Source: Eledone cirrhosa
Lineage: Eukaryota
DNA: 64,000 bases
Direction: 5' to 3'
Assembly: GCA_964016885.1 (NCBI GenBank)
Contig: CAXHJY010000994.1
Coordinates: 8,492 to 72,491 of the forward strand
Part shown: positions 1-13,391 of the stretch, piece after piece
How positions within the stretch are numbered: the stretch's first letter is position 1
Layout of the letters: every line of letters starts with the position of its first letter
The notes under the pieces: generated by a model
Databases searched by the model: none
Seen by the model: the letters and a program-made list of their open reading frames with translations, nothing else
Told to the model about the DNA's origin: nothing
Position numbers and translations under genes: made by a program

Positions 1-40
1 ATAATATATGTGTATATATATAATATATATAATATATGTG

Positions 41-87
<47 letters not shown>

Positions 88-139
88 AAATATATATATA
101 TATATATATGTGTAAATATATATATATATATATATATGT

Positions 140-171
<32 letters not shown>

Positions 172-261
172 GTAAATATATATATATATATATATATATG
201 TGTAAATATATATATATATATATATATATGTGTGTAAATATATATATATATATATATATAA

Positions 262-317
<56 letters not shown>

Positions 318-379
318 GTGTAAATATATATATATATATATATATATGTGTAAATATATATATATATATATATATGTGT

Positions 380-415
<36 letters not shown>

Positions 416-468
416 AAATATATATATATATATATATATAATATGTGTGTGTATATACATATATATAA

Positions 469-514
<46 letters not shown>

Positions 515-875
515 TGCATATATATGTATATATATATACACACATCCTTATATATGTATACATATATATATATATGCAAATATGCATATATCTATATATA
601 TATATACAAATATATGTATATATATATATGTATATATATGTATATATATACGTATATATATGTATATATATATATACGTATATATATGTATATATATATA
701 TACGTATATATATGTATATATATATACACATATACATTTGCAGATATATCTATGTATATATATGCATATATATATATGTATATGTACATATATATCTATC
801 TATATATATATATATATGCATAGATATGTGTATATATATATTAATATATATACATACGCTTATATGTGTGTGTAT

Positions 876-920
<45 letters not shown>

Positions 921-2034
921 GGGGGAAGAAGAGTACTATGATATAATTCTCTAACAGAACCACATTTCCGTCTCCCAAGAGAAAAAGGCGAGGTGTTGTG
1001 GAATGGATGAACGGTGAGGAGTGGTGGGGGGACAGTGGCTGTGGTGGTGGGTGCGCGGCGGATGTAAATAAACATACAAACACCCTCACACACCACCATT
1101 AATAAAGGATAAAAAAACAACCGAAACTGACACAACAGAACCAAATCCAAAACCACAACTTTAAGAAGAATAAGAACAAATATAACAAAACTCATAATTA
1201 TCAAACGATGAAATACACAGACAATATTTTTATATATATATACACACATATGTATATATTATTTACATATTTTTATATATATACACACACATATATATAT
1301 ATGTTTATATATGTTTATATATATATATACGTATATTTACAGATATGTATATATATATATATATGTCGATATACGTATATGTATATATATGTATGTGTAT
1401 ATATACATATATATTGGTGTGTGTGTGTGTGTGATGCCGTGGGGCAACGAATCCCAAGAAAGAAGACAAAGAAGAAGAAGAAGAACAAGTACAACAACAA
1501 CAACGACGGCGATGACAACAATGTGTGCTTGTGTGGGGAAGATGGCGATGTAAGCTGAACAAATTTCAAGAAATGGGGAAAACTTCAAGAAAATTTTTTT
1601 TAAATATTTTTTTTTCGTAAACACAACACAACACAACACAACACAAACATGGATAACAAACGTAAATAATACACACACACAAACCACATACAAAACACAT
1701 ACAATACACAAACAAACAACAAAAGCAGACAAACAACACCACAGCAGCACTATACGCATTCTAAAAAAAATGAAGGCGTCAGACAAACAACATGCAAACA
1801 TGGACGATGAATGAATTTATAAATGATATATTGTATGGCGGTGTGAAAACAGATGTAGTTTCAGGTTTGAGTTATATATACAAGGGATAATTAGAAAACT
1901 ACATTATGCTCCTATTTAGCGAAGAAAATACCACTAGGATGTGGCTGCAGGGTATGTATGTGTGTACGTGTGGGTGTGTGAGTGTATGTGTATGAATGTA
2001 TATGTGTGTGAGAGTATGTTTTTGTGAGTATATA

Positions 2035-2076
<42 letters not shown>

Positions 2077-2283
2077 TTGTGTATATATATATGTGTGTGT
2101 ATAAATTATATATAAATATATATATATATAAAATACGTAGTTAAGAAAGCCACAACAATGCAGAGGGAAATCTCGAGGTAGGAGGTGAATGATAGATAGG
2201 AGAAACAGGTGAAAGTGAAAATTGAGAGAGACAAAGATGAAAACAAAACAAAGGTAGAAGGGTTACCGTAGTGGAGATTTAAT

Positions 2284-2320
2284 CCCAATATTTCGGGCTC
2301 ACGCCCATCAACGGGGGAAA
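2284..2320 (-). ncRNA. Degenerate hammerhead-like motif in PLE 3' region
   Basis: Minus strand reads ttgat-gggc-gtga-gccc-gaaa-tatt. The core is non-canonical, and these 20 nt are absent from the forward copy at ~6142. Confidence 0.4.
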
Positions 2321-2895
2321 GTTCCAAAGGGGGGGGGGGGAACAGGCCAAGCGGAGAAAGTTGTGATGTCGTTAAGACAGGAATGCCGTTATGGGGAGAA
2401 AATTATTTAAAATTTAAACGAGGGAAAGAATGCGCGTGCTCGTAATAGGCTGTGGCAAAAGCTACCGACCAAATGGGTTAAATCAAGAGGGTGCCCTAGC
2501 GTGTGAAAGCCGTAAAATATGTGTGTGTAACTGTGTGTGTATAAGTGTAAGTGTGTATATGTGTGAGTGTGTGTGTGTGTGGGCTGTAGAAGCTGGAAAT
2601 CAAAGGGTGTGAAAGGTGGTAGGTTGTAAAACGTGTGCGTGTATAAATATAGATGTGTGTGTGTAAGCGTATGGGTATACATGTGTGTGTAACTGTGTGT
2701 GTATATGTGTGAGTGCGTGTGTGTGTGAAAGATAGTGGGCTGTAGAAGCTGGAAATCAAAGGGTGTGAAAGGTGGTAGGTTGTAAAAACATGTGTGCGTG
2801 TATAAATATAGATGTGTGTGTGTATGCGTATGGGTATGCATATACGTGCGTGTGTGTGAAGATAGCAGGCCGTAGGCTGTGAATGGTCACTATGG

Positions 2896-3609
2896 TTAAG
2901 TTAGCCATGTCAGCTCATTTCTCTCAGCCCGGTTGTTAAGTGGGGGTCTGAGGTTCTTAATAACAAGTGCTTCCTTTATCCTTAAGGATCCGATGCTGCG
3001 TTCAGTCTGTGGGTTTCCGCATTTAAGGATGTGTTTACGGAAGGAAGATGCATTGGTGTTGATATGTTCCTTGATACGAACATGTAGGGGTCGGATGGTG
3101 CTACCTATGTAAAACTTGTTACATTTATCGCATTGAATCTTATATACGACATAGGTGCGTAGGCAATCTGCCCCCCGTATCGGGCAGTTGCTGAGGGAAC
3201 ACGTCCCATCTGACTCGTCGGGTTTGTTGGAGAGGCATCTTCGCAGCGAAGGTCCTGTGTGGGCCAAATGTATGTCAAGTCCCTCCGTCCGTATGGCCCT
3301 GCGGATGGCGTTCGTGGTATATTCACTCAGGTGGAGGATTTTAAAGAAGCACCTGCTTTTATTTAAGTTTCTAGTGGGTGTCTGTCTATTGGGTCTGGGG
3401 TCTCTAATTCCGTTAATCAGTCGCTTGGGATAACCATTAGATCTGAGTAGATTACGGAATTGCGTGGTATGGGTGAGACCACCCATCGGGTCGCTGCATC
3501 TGTTAGTGATCCGTGTCATTTAATTTAGGACATAGCCTCTCTTAGCGTTGTTGGGGAGGGCTGAGTTGTAATGCAAAAATAAGTCCTTGCACGCTGCTTT
3601 GCGGTAGAA
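2896..3609 (-). pseudogene. Inverted duplicate of the PLE thumb/GIY-YIG coding region
   Basis: Near-identical to the C-terminus of the 641-aa ORF but lacks GRPLVTVLA (27 nt) and has a stop near 3520. Confidence 0.9.
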
Positions 3610-3765
3610 TACCGACCTAACCGGTACCCTCACCAACGGTACCCTCACCAACGACGAACTCGAACTTCTGCGCCTCGGACCCAAGTTCATCATTACACAG
3701 CGTCTCGATGATAGACTGAAACTCGACATCGAAACCAACTTCTGTCGGACAGCATATCAACTGAA

Positions 3766-5691
3766 ATGGCTAACCGCCATCCAAAACAACACCGAGATCG
3801 ATTACAACCCCACAACCCACCCCACACTCCCCACGTATCACCTCGACAACCCACTCCACCCCCACCCTCCAACCACGAACTTGACACTAAACTACTCAGG
3901 TTGAAACATTCTATCTCTAACATCCTTTCCCAACACACACACACACACAATAAACGCAACCTCACCAATGCACAATTTAATACTCTCACCAACCTAAGAT
4001 CCAGGAACCTTGTGTACCTTCCCTCTGACAAGGGGAAAGAATTCTGTGTCATCTCGAGAGAGACCTACAACAACTTAGCTCTCCAACATCTTAATGACCA
4101 CAGCCTCTACTCGAAAGTCACAGGGACCTCCTCAACTCTAATCGAGGAAGGCATTAACACCATATGGACTAACATCTGTGTCCAACGAAAACTGCCAAAG
4201 AAGGTAAAAAACAACATCATGACTCGAAACAGCAAACTACCCACCTTCTACCACCTGGTTAAAACACATAAACAAGGACCCGATTTGAAAATCAGGCCCA
4301 TTGTCTCTAGCGTGGAGGGCCCACTCTACAAAATATCGTGGCTGCTCTCCACACTACTGAAACCCATTCTACACACACTACCAACCCACGTCTGCAGCTC
4401 AAAGGAGGTCTTGGAGCGACTACACCATCTGGCGCCCAACACCAGAAAGGACAACGGTTATGCCTTCAGTCTTGATGTGGTCGCCCTTTATACCTCCGTA
4501 CCAGCATCCCCAGCTGTCGACCTGTTGACCGAACGAGTCCGAGCATCTAACTTACACTGCTTCGGACTCACACACACGGACATCCACCAACTCCTCTCCT
4601 TCGTTGTGGATAATGCACTCTTCAATTTCCTCGGCCACACGTACAAACAAATCTCTGGGCTACCTATGGGCTCTAGTCTGTCCGGCATACTTGCGATCTC
4701 GTACATGGACCACCTGGAACGCAAGGCACTCAATACCTTCCAACCCAACGCCGTCGCCTTCTACTCCAGATACGTTGATGACATCCTGATACTTACTTCT
4801 TCCCGTGAGATGGCGAATGAAATTCACCAAATCTTCAACGATACTGACCATCACGTCGATTTCACCATCGAACACCCAGGAGAAGACGGGTCACTCGCTC
4901 TCCTCGACTTCCGTATCAACATCTCGGAAGAAGGAGACATAAACACCACCTTCTACCGCAAAGCAGCGTGCAAGGACTTATTTGTGCATTACAACTCAGC
5001 CCTCCCCAACAACGCTAAGAGAGGCTATGTCCTAAATGAACTGACACGGATCACTAACAGATGCAGCGACCCGATGGGTGGTCTCACCCATACCACGCAA
5101 TTCCGTAATCTACTCAGATCTAATGGTTATCCCAAGCGACTGATTAACGGAATTAGAGACCCCAGACCCAATAGACAGACACCCACTAGAAACTTAAATA
5201 AAAGCAGGTGCTTCTTTAAAATCCCCCACCTGAGTGAATATACCACGAACGCCATCCGCAGGGCCATACGGACGGAGGGACTTGACATACATTTGGCCCA
5301 CACAGGACCTTCGCTGCGAAGATGCCTCTCCAACAAACCCGACGAGTCAGATGGGACGTGTTCCCTCAGTAACTGCCCGATACGGGGGGCAGATTGCCTA
5401 CGCACCTATGTCGTATATAAGATTCAATGCGATAAATGTAACAAGTTTTACATAGGTAGCACCATCCGACCCCTACATGTTCGTATCAAGGAACATATCA
5501 ACACCAACGCATCTTCCTTCCGTAAACACATCCTTAAATGCGGAAACCCACAGGGTAGACCCTTGGTCACAGTCCTAGCGACTGAACGCAGCATCGGATC
5601 CTTAAGGATAAAGGAAGCACTTGTTATTAAGAACCTCAGACCCCCACTTAACAACCGGGCTGAGAGAAATGAGCTGACATGGCTAACTTAA
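3766..5691 (+). CDS. PLE reverse transcriptase + C-terminal GIY-YIG endonuclease (N-terminus frameshifted/truncated)
   Basis: RT motifs PSDKG, KTHK...IRPIVS, SLDVVALYTSVP, GLPMGSSLS, YSRYVDD and FLD-like LLD. Endonuclease motifs VVYKIQC...YIGST.RPLH.R.KEH and EAL.I....P.LN. An upstream PLE-like N-terminal peptide (ELELLRLGPKF, from 3611) is in another frame. Confidence 0.93.
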   Translation: MANRHPKQHRDRLQPHNPPHTPHVSPRQPTPPPPSNHELDTKLLRLKHSISNILSQHTHTHNKRNLTNAQFNTLTNLRSRNLVYLPSDKGKEFCVISRETYNNLALQHLNDHSLYSKVTGTSSTLIEEGINTIWTNICVQRKLPKKVKNNIMTRNSKLPTFYHLVKTHKQGPDLKIRPIVSSVEGPLYKISWLLSTLLKPILHTLPTHVCSSKEVLERLHHLAPNTRKDNGYAFSLDVVALYTSVPASPAVDLLTERVRASNLHCFGLTHTDIHQLLSFVVDNALFNFLGHTYKQISGLPMGSSLSGILAISYMDHLERKALNTFQPNAVAFYSRYVDDILILTSSREMANEIHQIFNDTDHHVDFTIEHPGEDGSLALLDFRINISEEGDINTTFYRKAACKDLFVHYNSALPNNAKRGYVLNELTRITNRCSDPMGGLTHTTQFRNLLRSNGYPKRLINGIRDPRPNRQTPTRNLNKSRCFFKIPHLSEYTTNAIRRAIRTEGLDIHLAHTGPSLRRCLSNKPDESDGTCSLSNCPIRGADCLRTYVVYKIQCDKCNKFYIGSTIRPLHVRIKEHINTNASSFRKHILKCGNPQGRPLVTVLATERSIGSLRIKEALVIKNLRPPLNNRAERNELTWLT

Positions 5692-6341
5692 CCATAGTGA
5701 CCATTCACAGCATACGGCCTGCTATCTTCACACACACGCACGTATATGCATACCCATACGCATACACACACACATCTATATTTATACACGCACACATGTT
5801 TTTACAACCTACCACCTTTCACACCCTTTGATTTCCAGCTTCTACAGCCCACTATCTTTCACACACACACGCACTCACACATATACACACACAGTTACAC
5901 ACACAGTTACACACACATATATATTTACACACACATATTTTACGGCTTTCACACGCTAGCGCACCCTCTTGATTTAACCCATTTGGTCAGTAGCTTTTGC
6001 CACAGCCTATCACGCGCACGCGCATTCTTCCCCCTCGTTTAAATTTTAAATAATTTTCTCCCCATAACGGCATTCCTGTCTTAACGACATCACAACTTTC
6101 TCCGCTTGGCCTGTTCCCCCCCTCTGGAACTTTCCCCCGTTGTTGGGATTAAATCTCCACTACGGTAACCCTTCTACCTTTGTTTTGTTTTCATCTTTGT
6201 CTCTCTCAATTTTCACTTTCACCTGTTTCTCCTATCTATCATTCACCTCCTACCTCGAGATTTCCCTCTGCATTGTTGTGGCTTTCTTAACTACGTATTT
6301 TACACATTTCACAATGCTTCAAGCAAACTTTAACACCCTCT

Positions 6342-6373
<32 letters not shown>

Positions 6374-6510
6374 TATAATTTAAATATATATATATATATA
6401 CATATAATTTAAATATATATATATATATATATACATATAATTTAAATATATATATATATACATATACATATAATTTAAATATATATATATATGCATTTAA
6501 TTTATATATA

Positions 6511-8290
6511 TTAGGGTGTTCCAGAATCCCACATCTTACACAAAAGTCTTTTTCTCTTAGCACCCTATGCATTTTCTCATGCCACTTTGTATATTATCAA
6601 TTTATAATGTAATTTTGATTATTTCAGACTAATTTAAGCCTTGCTTAATAGTTGTAAATTGGTAGAATAATGGCGGAAACCAGTGGGCCTAGTTGTAGCT
6701 ACTCGCTCCGATGTGATGATCGAGAAATATGGCTCCTGGGGCTATATGTTACATCCTTTTCACCAAACAAAATACCAACAAAGGGGGCTGTTCTAAGATA
6801 TTTCTTCTACCTGAAAGATGGTCCTATGAAACACGAAAAGCATGTGAGCTTCAATGGTGCTATTGCAAATAGGCTTGTGATGGAAGTAGTTAGTCAGTGG
6901 GAAAAAGCTGGTGTGGCTACTCAACCAAAAGACAAAGTGAAACTGAAAATTATGAACATGTACAGAAATTTACAAAAAAAGAAAGGTTCTAAGTCAAACA
7001 AAGAAAAGGAAGCACCATTTATTTCTGAATTGTAATACTGAAAAGAAAATTTTGAAAGGCCGTCTTCGTAATAATGAACAGAAAATGAAAGATGCTACAA
7101 TTCTCGAAGCCCTGCGGTGTCAGAAAAAAATTATCTCTGGGTTCTGAAGACAAGGGTTATCAGAAAAAGGTATCTTTAAGTTTAAGCGTGATCAGGTTTC
7201 TGTGGCTCGTCGAGAGTAAGAGAACCATAGAAAGCGATTGCCAGGATCTGTAGGAGCACAACTTCCACGTAATGAACTGAGTGATTCAAGTTCAACCAAT
7301 GATGAAACTGAAGATGAACAGGATCCTGAATTTCAGGCCTCAAACCCACCCAGAGACAGCTCAAAGTCAGACAAGAAACGAAAAATCCAGCTGGAACTCC
7401 CAAAGAATCCATTTCAAAGTCCAAAAATTTCTCTAACGGCTGATCCTTTAAACCTGAGACTGGGCCAGAGAACAGCATTTATGGCATCGATTATTTCTGA
7501 GGGTGGGACTGACTTAGACAGATGTTGATCTTGCTTGGTGTCACCCCTCCTCATGGAATTCATTGGATGCTGCCTGGTGCACATCACAACGCTCGGTGGA
7601 TGTCCACAATCATCTATAGTGCAAAGATGTATGCATTTGGTGAGCGACTCAATTACGATCAAGCTAAAATGGAAAAGTTGTGGCGGATCTGTATGTTCAA
7701 TGCTCTGTTCTACGTGCGATACAGGCTGACAGCAGTCAAGTGTGCTGATGCACCTTCAATTCTACGTGGAGTCGACACAGTACAGTAAGGTTGACAGAGA
7801 TCTCTCGAAGGCAGCCACTACTGCTCTGAGCAGGCATCTTTGGTACCTGACGGAGGAAGCCATTCCGCTAGCGCTGTTTTCAAGTCGGGTCCAAGAGCTC
7901 GAGAAGAAACAAATAGCCCAACGTCTTGTCAAACCGAAAACGTCTGGGCCTCTCGACCGTGGGGCTCCAGTATTTCCCGAGTTGAAGTCGTCCACGAAGC
8001 TGCCTCATCTATTTGGGAAGAAATCAAGACTTCTATTCGATCTCCTTGGTCTCGACGATACTTGGCTTGAGCTGTCACCTGCAACTTGGTCATCACAAGC
8101 GTCATATCAAAATGCCTGTGCTGCTGTTCACAATATCAAGGTAGTCAACGATCTGGCAGAGAGAGCAGTCAAGTTGAAAACTGATTTTGTTGCCATCACC
8201 AAAAATGAGGAGGAGAAGCAGTGTGTTCTTCAAATAGTCGAAGCTCATCGTCGCAAGGTCCCGGATTTCGAAAAAGAAACTCTGAAATTA
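6511..8290 (+). mobile_element. Decayed DNA transposon, hAT superfamily (hATm-like), internally deleted transposase
   Basis: Starts TTAGGGTGTTCC. Broken ORFs carry PGAHHNARWM..IYS.KM, HLWYLTEE.IPLALFS and VVNDLAERAVKL motifs. The central catalytic region appears missing near 7530, and the 3' end is cut by a SINE. The family name is from recall of motifs. Confidence 0.65.
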
Positions 8291-8953
8291 CCCCAGAGCA
8301 TTACTGGTACTTTATTTTATCGATCCTGTAAAGATGAAAGGCAAAGTTAACCTCGGCGGGATTTGAACTAAGAACGCAAAGGGCCATAACTTTATTTTAA
8401 TAATACTAATTGATATTAACATTACTAGTATTAAGATTATTATCATTACTATTATCATCATTAACATTATTTTTATTATTTTTTATTATTATTTCCATTA
8501 TTGCCACATTTTTATTAGTCTTCTGTATAAACCTTTCTCTCACCCAAGACACCCACACTGTACCGTCCTTATTGTCTTATTAATATAAGCCCTGTGTGGT
8601 TAATAAGGAAGCCAGTTAATAAAGTACCAGTAATGCATTGGAGTCGATGTAATCGACCTTACCCCCCTTTCAAATTGCTAGCCTTGGGCCTAAATCAGAA
8701 ACTATTATTATGAGTTCAAATGGATTGGCAGTATCGTTAGAAGGTCGGACGCCATGCTTTGCAGCATGGAGTTACGGTCCTTTACAGTCTGAGTTCAAAT
8801 CCCGCCGAGGAAAACTTTGCCTTTCGCCCTCACGGGGTCGATAAAATAAAGTACCAGTAATATACTAAGATAATTGCTGGCCTTGTGCCAAAAGTAGAAA
8901 CAATTATTATGAGTTCAAATCCAGCCGAGGTTAACTTTGCCTTTCATCCTTAC

Positions 8954-9103
8954 TCAGACTCAGAAGCTCCCGCGTCTTGCGACGCATGAGGCAATCATAG
9001 TGTTCCACCGCGTTCGGTCAGCAGTCAGTTGCACATAGTCCCGCCATTGTCTGTTTGTCGCTCGCAGGTCCCTCTCAACTGTCTGGCGCCAGTTCGTTTT
9101 GGG
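8954..9103 (-). mobile_element. RTE-clade LINE 3' fragment nested in a SINE
   Basis: Minus strand encodes PKTNWRQTVERDLR...DRTRWNTMIASCVARR* with a ctgagt-repeat tail. Flanked by duplicated tccttac (8947-8953 / 9104-9110). Confidence 0.7.
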
Positions 9104-9692
9104 TCCTTACAGGGTCCATAAAATGAAGTACCAGTCACGCACTGAGTCGATTTAATAGACTTTCCCCTCCCCAAAAATTGCTGGCTTTGTGCCTACATCA
9201 GAAACAATTATTATGAGTTGAAATCCCGCCGAGGTTAACTTTGCCTTCCATCCTGACAGTGTCGATTAAATAAAATACCAGTAATGTACTGGGGTCGATA
9301 TATTTGACATTTCCCTCTTCCTCCGAAAAAATTGCTGGCCTTGTGCCTAAAGTGGAACCATAGCTGTATCGGTAGAGGGCCGAACGCCATGCTTTACAGC
9401 ATAGAGTTACGCCCCTTTGCAGTCTGAGTCCAAATCCCGCCGAGGTTAGCTATGTCTTTCATCCTTTCGGGGGGGGGGGGTCGATAAAATAAAGTACCAG
9501 TAATGCACTGAGGTCGATCTCATCATGCCCCCACGCCCACTCCACCCCTCCCCAAAATTGCTGACCTTGTGCCTAAATCAGAAACCATTATTATTATTAT
9601 TATTCATCCTTACGGGATCGATAAAATAAAGTACCAGTAATACACTGGATATTTGCTGGCCTTGTGCCAAACTTAGAAACAATTATTATTAT

Positions 9693-9946
9693 TATCATTT
9701 GAAAAGGAAAATCAGGGTAGAGAGGGAAGTGCTCTCTTCCCAGCATTTTGTTGAAAGATGGGTGAGAGAAGCAAGTATGGCCCGAGTGAATGGGCCTACT
9801 CTGAGTATGTGTCTGTAAATTAAAGGTGGAAAACTGGGAGAGGGCACTTGCCCTGGTGGTCAGGGTCACTGTGGCTTTTTAATGTACCGTCATGTACTGT
9901 CCTTAATGTCTACTTTATGTAAATCCTTGTGGTTAATAAAGAAAGC
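9693..9946 (+). mobile_element. Tx1/L1-like LINE 3' fragment in an (ATT)n tract
   Basis: Encodes YHLKRKIRVEREVLSSQHFVERWVREASMARVNGP, homologous to the end of ORF 56384-56986. Ends taataaagaaa. Confidence 0.8.
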
Positions 9947-11299
9947 ATTATTATTATTATTATTATTACAAGGCGGTGGATTGGCAGTATTGGTAGAGAG
10001 TCAAACGCCATGCTTTCCAGCATAGTTACGTCCCTTTACGGTCTACCAGTAATGTACTGGTGTTAATGCTGGCCTTGTGCCAAAAGTAGAAACAATTATT
10101 ATCATTGGTGAATTGGCAGTATCGGTATAGGGTCGGACGCCATGCGTTGACGTATAGAGTTACGGCCCTTGCCATTCTGAGTTCAAATCCCGCTAAGGTT
10201 AACTTTGCCTTTCATCCTTACGAGGTCGATAAAATAAAGTACCAGTAATGCACTGGGTAATTGCTGGCCTTGTGCCTAACGTAGAAACAATTATTATTGG
10301 CCAATAGATAAATAAATAATTGTTATTATTTATTTATCATTGTTGATGCTTTTTAATTATATATTTATCCTTTTTTTTGCTTCGGATGCAAGTTTTGCAG
10401 CAATTGTGCAGATGTTTGGTGCAGTTGCAGTGTTAAAAATATAACATCGTTATTACAATATTTTACATATTTCTTGGAAAACTATTTCAACATGGCGTCT
10501 TGTGTGTACTCAGCATTATTTTAAAGACCAGGTGGATTGGGCTGTGGATTGGCAGTATCGGTAGAGGGTCGGACGCCATGCTTTCCAGCATAGTTACGTC
10601 CCTTTACGATCTGAGTTCAAATCCCGCCGAGGTTGACTTTGCCTTTCATCCTTACGGTGTCATAAAGTACCAGTAATGCACTGGTTTATTGCTGGCCTTG
10701 TGCTTAAAGTAGAAACAATTATATTAATATAAGGTACACTATCTCCCTCACACACACACAAACACACTATCTCCCTCGCACAAACACACACACTCATACA
10801 CATAAACACTCGCACATACACACTTTCTCTATTTATCTATCTATCTATCTTACACAAGCACACACTCTCTCTCCCTCTCTCTCTTAAACATACTCTTTCT
10901 TTCTCACAGATATTCTCATATACACACGCACCCTCTCACTCATATTCTCACACGCAGATGCTTTCTCTCTTTCTTACTCTTTCTCGGATGTCTCTCTCTC
11001 TCTCGCTCTCTCTCACACACACACTTCTCCTTAGATATGTCTCTCTATATATATCTATCTCTCATAGATCTCTCTCACAAACACACAAACACTCGCTCAC
11101 GCACACACACCTCTCTCTCACACACTCACATATACACTCTTTCTCTCTCTCTCTCAAACACTCACACACACAAACTCTCTCCACACACCATACATACACA
11201 CACTCACATACTCTCTCTCACTCTCTCTCTCTCTCAAACACTCGCCCTATCAAAAAGATTTTCAAAGAATTCCGGTGGTTTACTTTTGGTGTAAGGAAA

Positions 11300-11930
11300 G
11301 CTTGAGAAGGTGGGATGTAGAGAGGAGTAGGCTGGAGTGTAGTGAGAGGGGGGGGGTAGAGAGATGGGAAATGGTAGGATGTAGAGAGAAAGAGGGAGGG
11401 GTGTATAGATGGGGAGGGTGGGATATAGAGAGAGAGGGGGTGGGATGTAGAGAGGGGGTGGGTGTAGAGAGGGGGTGGGGTGTAGAGAGAAAGGGGGAAG
11501 GGGTTTATTGAAAGGGAAGGATGTAGAGAGAGAGAGAGGAGAGGGTATGATGTAGAGGGGGTGTAGAGAGGAGAAGGGGTGTAAAGAGAGAGAGAGGGGG
11601 GTGGAGGGGTGTAGAGAGAGGGGGAGGGATGTAGAGAGAAAGAGAGGAGAGGGTATGATGTAGAGGGGGTGTAGAGAGGAGAAGGGGTGTAAAGAGAGAG
11701 AGAGGGGGGCGGAGGGGTGTAGAGAGAGGGGGAGGGATGTAGAGAGAGGGGGAGGGATGTAGAGAGAGGGGGAGGGATGTAGAGAGAGGGGGAGGGATGT
11801 AGAGAGAGGGGAGGTGTGTAGAGAGAGGGGAGAGATGTAGAGAGAGGGGGACTGATGTAGAGAGAGGGGGCGGGAAGTAGTGAGAGGGGAGGGTGGCGAT
11901 GTAGAGAGAGAGGGAGGCAGGGAGGAGGGT
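11300..11930. repeat. GA-rich ~20-bp minisatellite
   Basis: Iterated gtagagagagggggagggat. Confidence 0.8.
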
Positions 11931-12167
11931 GGAATTGGTGGAATTCTGAGACTTTCTGTATTTCTTCGTATTCATTCTTTATTTTTTTTTGTATAATTTT
12001 CTTAAACATTCTTTTCTTTTTTCCAATTTCTATCTGCAACTACAAATTAGGTGCACCTAGTTATTTCCCAATCTATCTATCCACTGCACCTAGTTAGCTA
12101 CATATCTATCTATGTCATACACACATATAGGCACACACATTACATATATATATATATATATATGTAC

Positions 12168-12373
12168 AGTATTTACGTATCGAGAAAGAGAAAAAAAGGG
12201 GAGGATAGGTGATACATATAGTTATTTGCCAAGTAGCGTATGTCAAAGGTGTTCGATACTAGTGCATTGATTATTTATGCCCTTGAGAAGCCCAACTGGG
12301 CGAAACGTACGTAGGTGCTGTTTTAAATAAACATGTTTTAACGGTCTATTCTCCGATTTTTTACTTTCCCACG

Positions 12374-12375
<2 letters not shown>
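12168..12375. mobile_element. Non-coding HHR-bearing fold-back element, family B
   Basis: Homologous to 25975-26303 with parts in opposite orientation. TA-flanked. Confidence 0.75.
12279..12318 (+). ncRNA. Minimal type-I hammerhead ribozyme, U3-A8 variant
   Basis: gccc-UUGAGAA-gccc(aact)gggc-GAAA-cguacg-UA-ggugc, with a palindromic stem III. Confidence 0.65.
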
Positions 12376-12427
<52 letters not shown>

Positions 12428-12544
12428 TCCTGGGTTCAATCGGAGGTAACCACAGTCAGTAAGGTACACAATACATTAGTAGAATCTAAATAGGGGGCTT
12501 TCCAGATTTATTTTGAATGAAACAGTTCTACTCCTCCTGATGAA

Positions 12545-12760
12545 GCGTGGCTGAGTGGTTAGATAACTGGATTCACAATCGTGAGGTTGTGAGTTCGATT
12601 CCCCAACCAGGCGATGCGTTATGTCCTTGGGCAAGACACTTTATTTCACGTTGTTCCTTCTACCTGCAGTTGCGACTGGTAGATAGTATTAGCAATTGGA
12701 AAGAACAACGGAAACATTGTTTCCTCGGTCCGATTTAACGAAAGTCGATCGACTGTCGAT
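12545..12760 (+). mobile_element. tRNA-derived CORE-like SINE
   Basis: tggctgagtggtt A box, gagttcgattccc B box, ccttgggcaagacactttatttcac core. Same family as 31930-32145 (-). Confidence 0.75.
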
Positions 12761-12903
12761 ATATATATATATATATAAAATACATATAGTTGGCACCCCA
12801 GACACTAAATTGGGTTTATACTAACGTATAACCTAATGTTTGTTGAGTGAGATGGTTACCAGTCGGAGTTTAGCGTAAAGCTTTCTCTGTTATTGTATTA
12901 ATT

Positions 12904-12974
<71 letters not shown>

Positions 12975-13053
12975 GGTAAACAGAAATAGCAACAGAGTCG
13001 GTACAGTTTATGGAAGGAATATATCAAGTTTACGCTTGAAATAGCAGGAAGAG

Positions 13054-13142
<89 letters not shown>

Positions 13143-13243
13143 GTTTACATATACATAAAGTTATAGATATATATGCTGCAACCGGTCACTTTTAGGTTGG
13201 AAATGGTATATATTGTATCTAATAATTCTAAGGACATGATTTA

Positions 13244-13285
<42 letters not shown>

Positions 13286-13328
13286 GAAAGGTATAGAAAT
13301 TGTTGTAGCGAGAAGCTAACAGTATTCC

Positions 13329-13391
<63 letters not shown>

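Larger units (their letters stand above)
2129..6342 (+). mobile_element. Penelope-like retroelement (PLE), 5'-truncated, preceded by an inverted copy of its own 3' portion; flanked by (TA)n
   Basis: RT + GIY-YIG ORF at 3766-5691. 2129-3609 is the reverse complement of ~4951-6302. TA-repeat flanks on both sides. Confidence 0.95.
8291..10722. mobile_element. Cluster of ~10 tRNA-derived SINE copies (MetaSINE-like core), mostly + strand, first one - strand
   Basis: Repeated tggcagtatcggtagag (A box), gagttcaaatccc (B box), gccgaggttaactttgcctttcatccttacggggtcgataaaataaagtaccagt, ending gctggccttgtgcc...agaaac(aat)n. Confidence 0.85.

Noticed and set aside
12725-12760. gaaagtcgatcgact palindrome at a SINE end as an HHR
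   Set aside because: No CUGAnGA-type core upstream.
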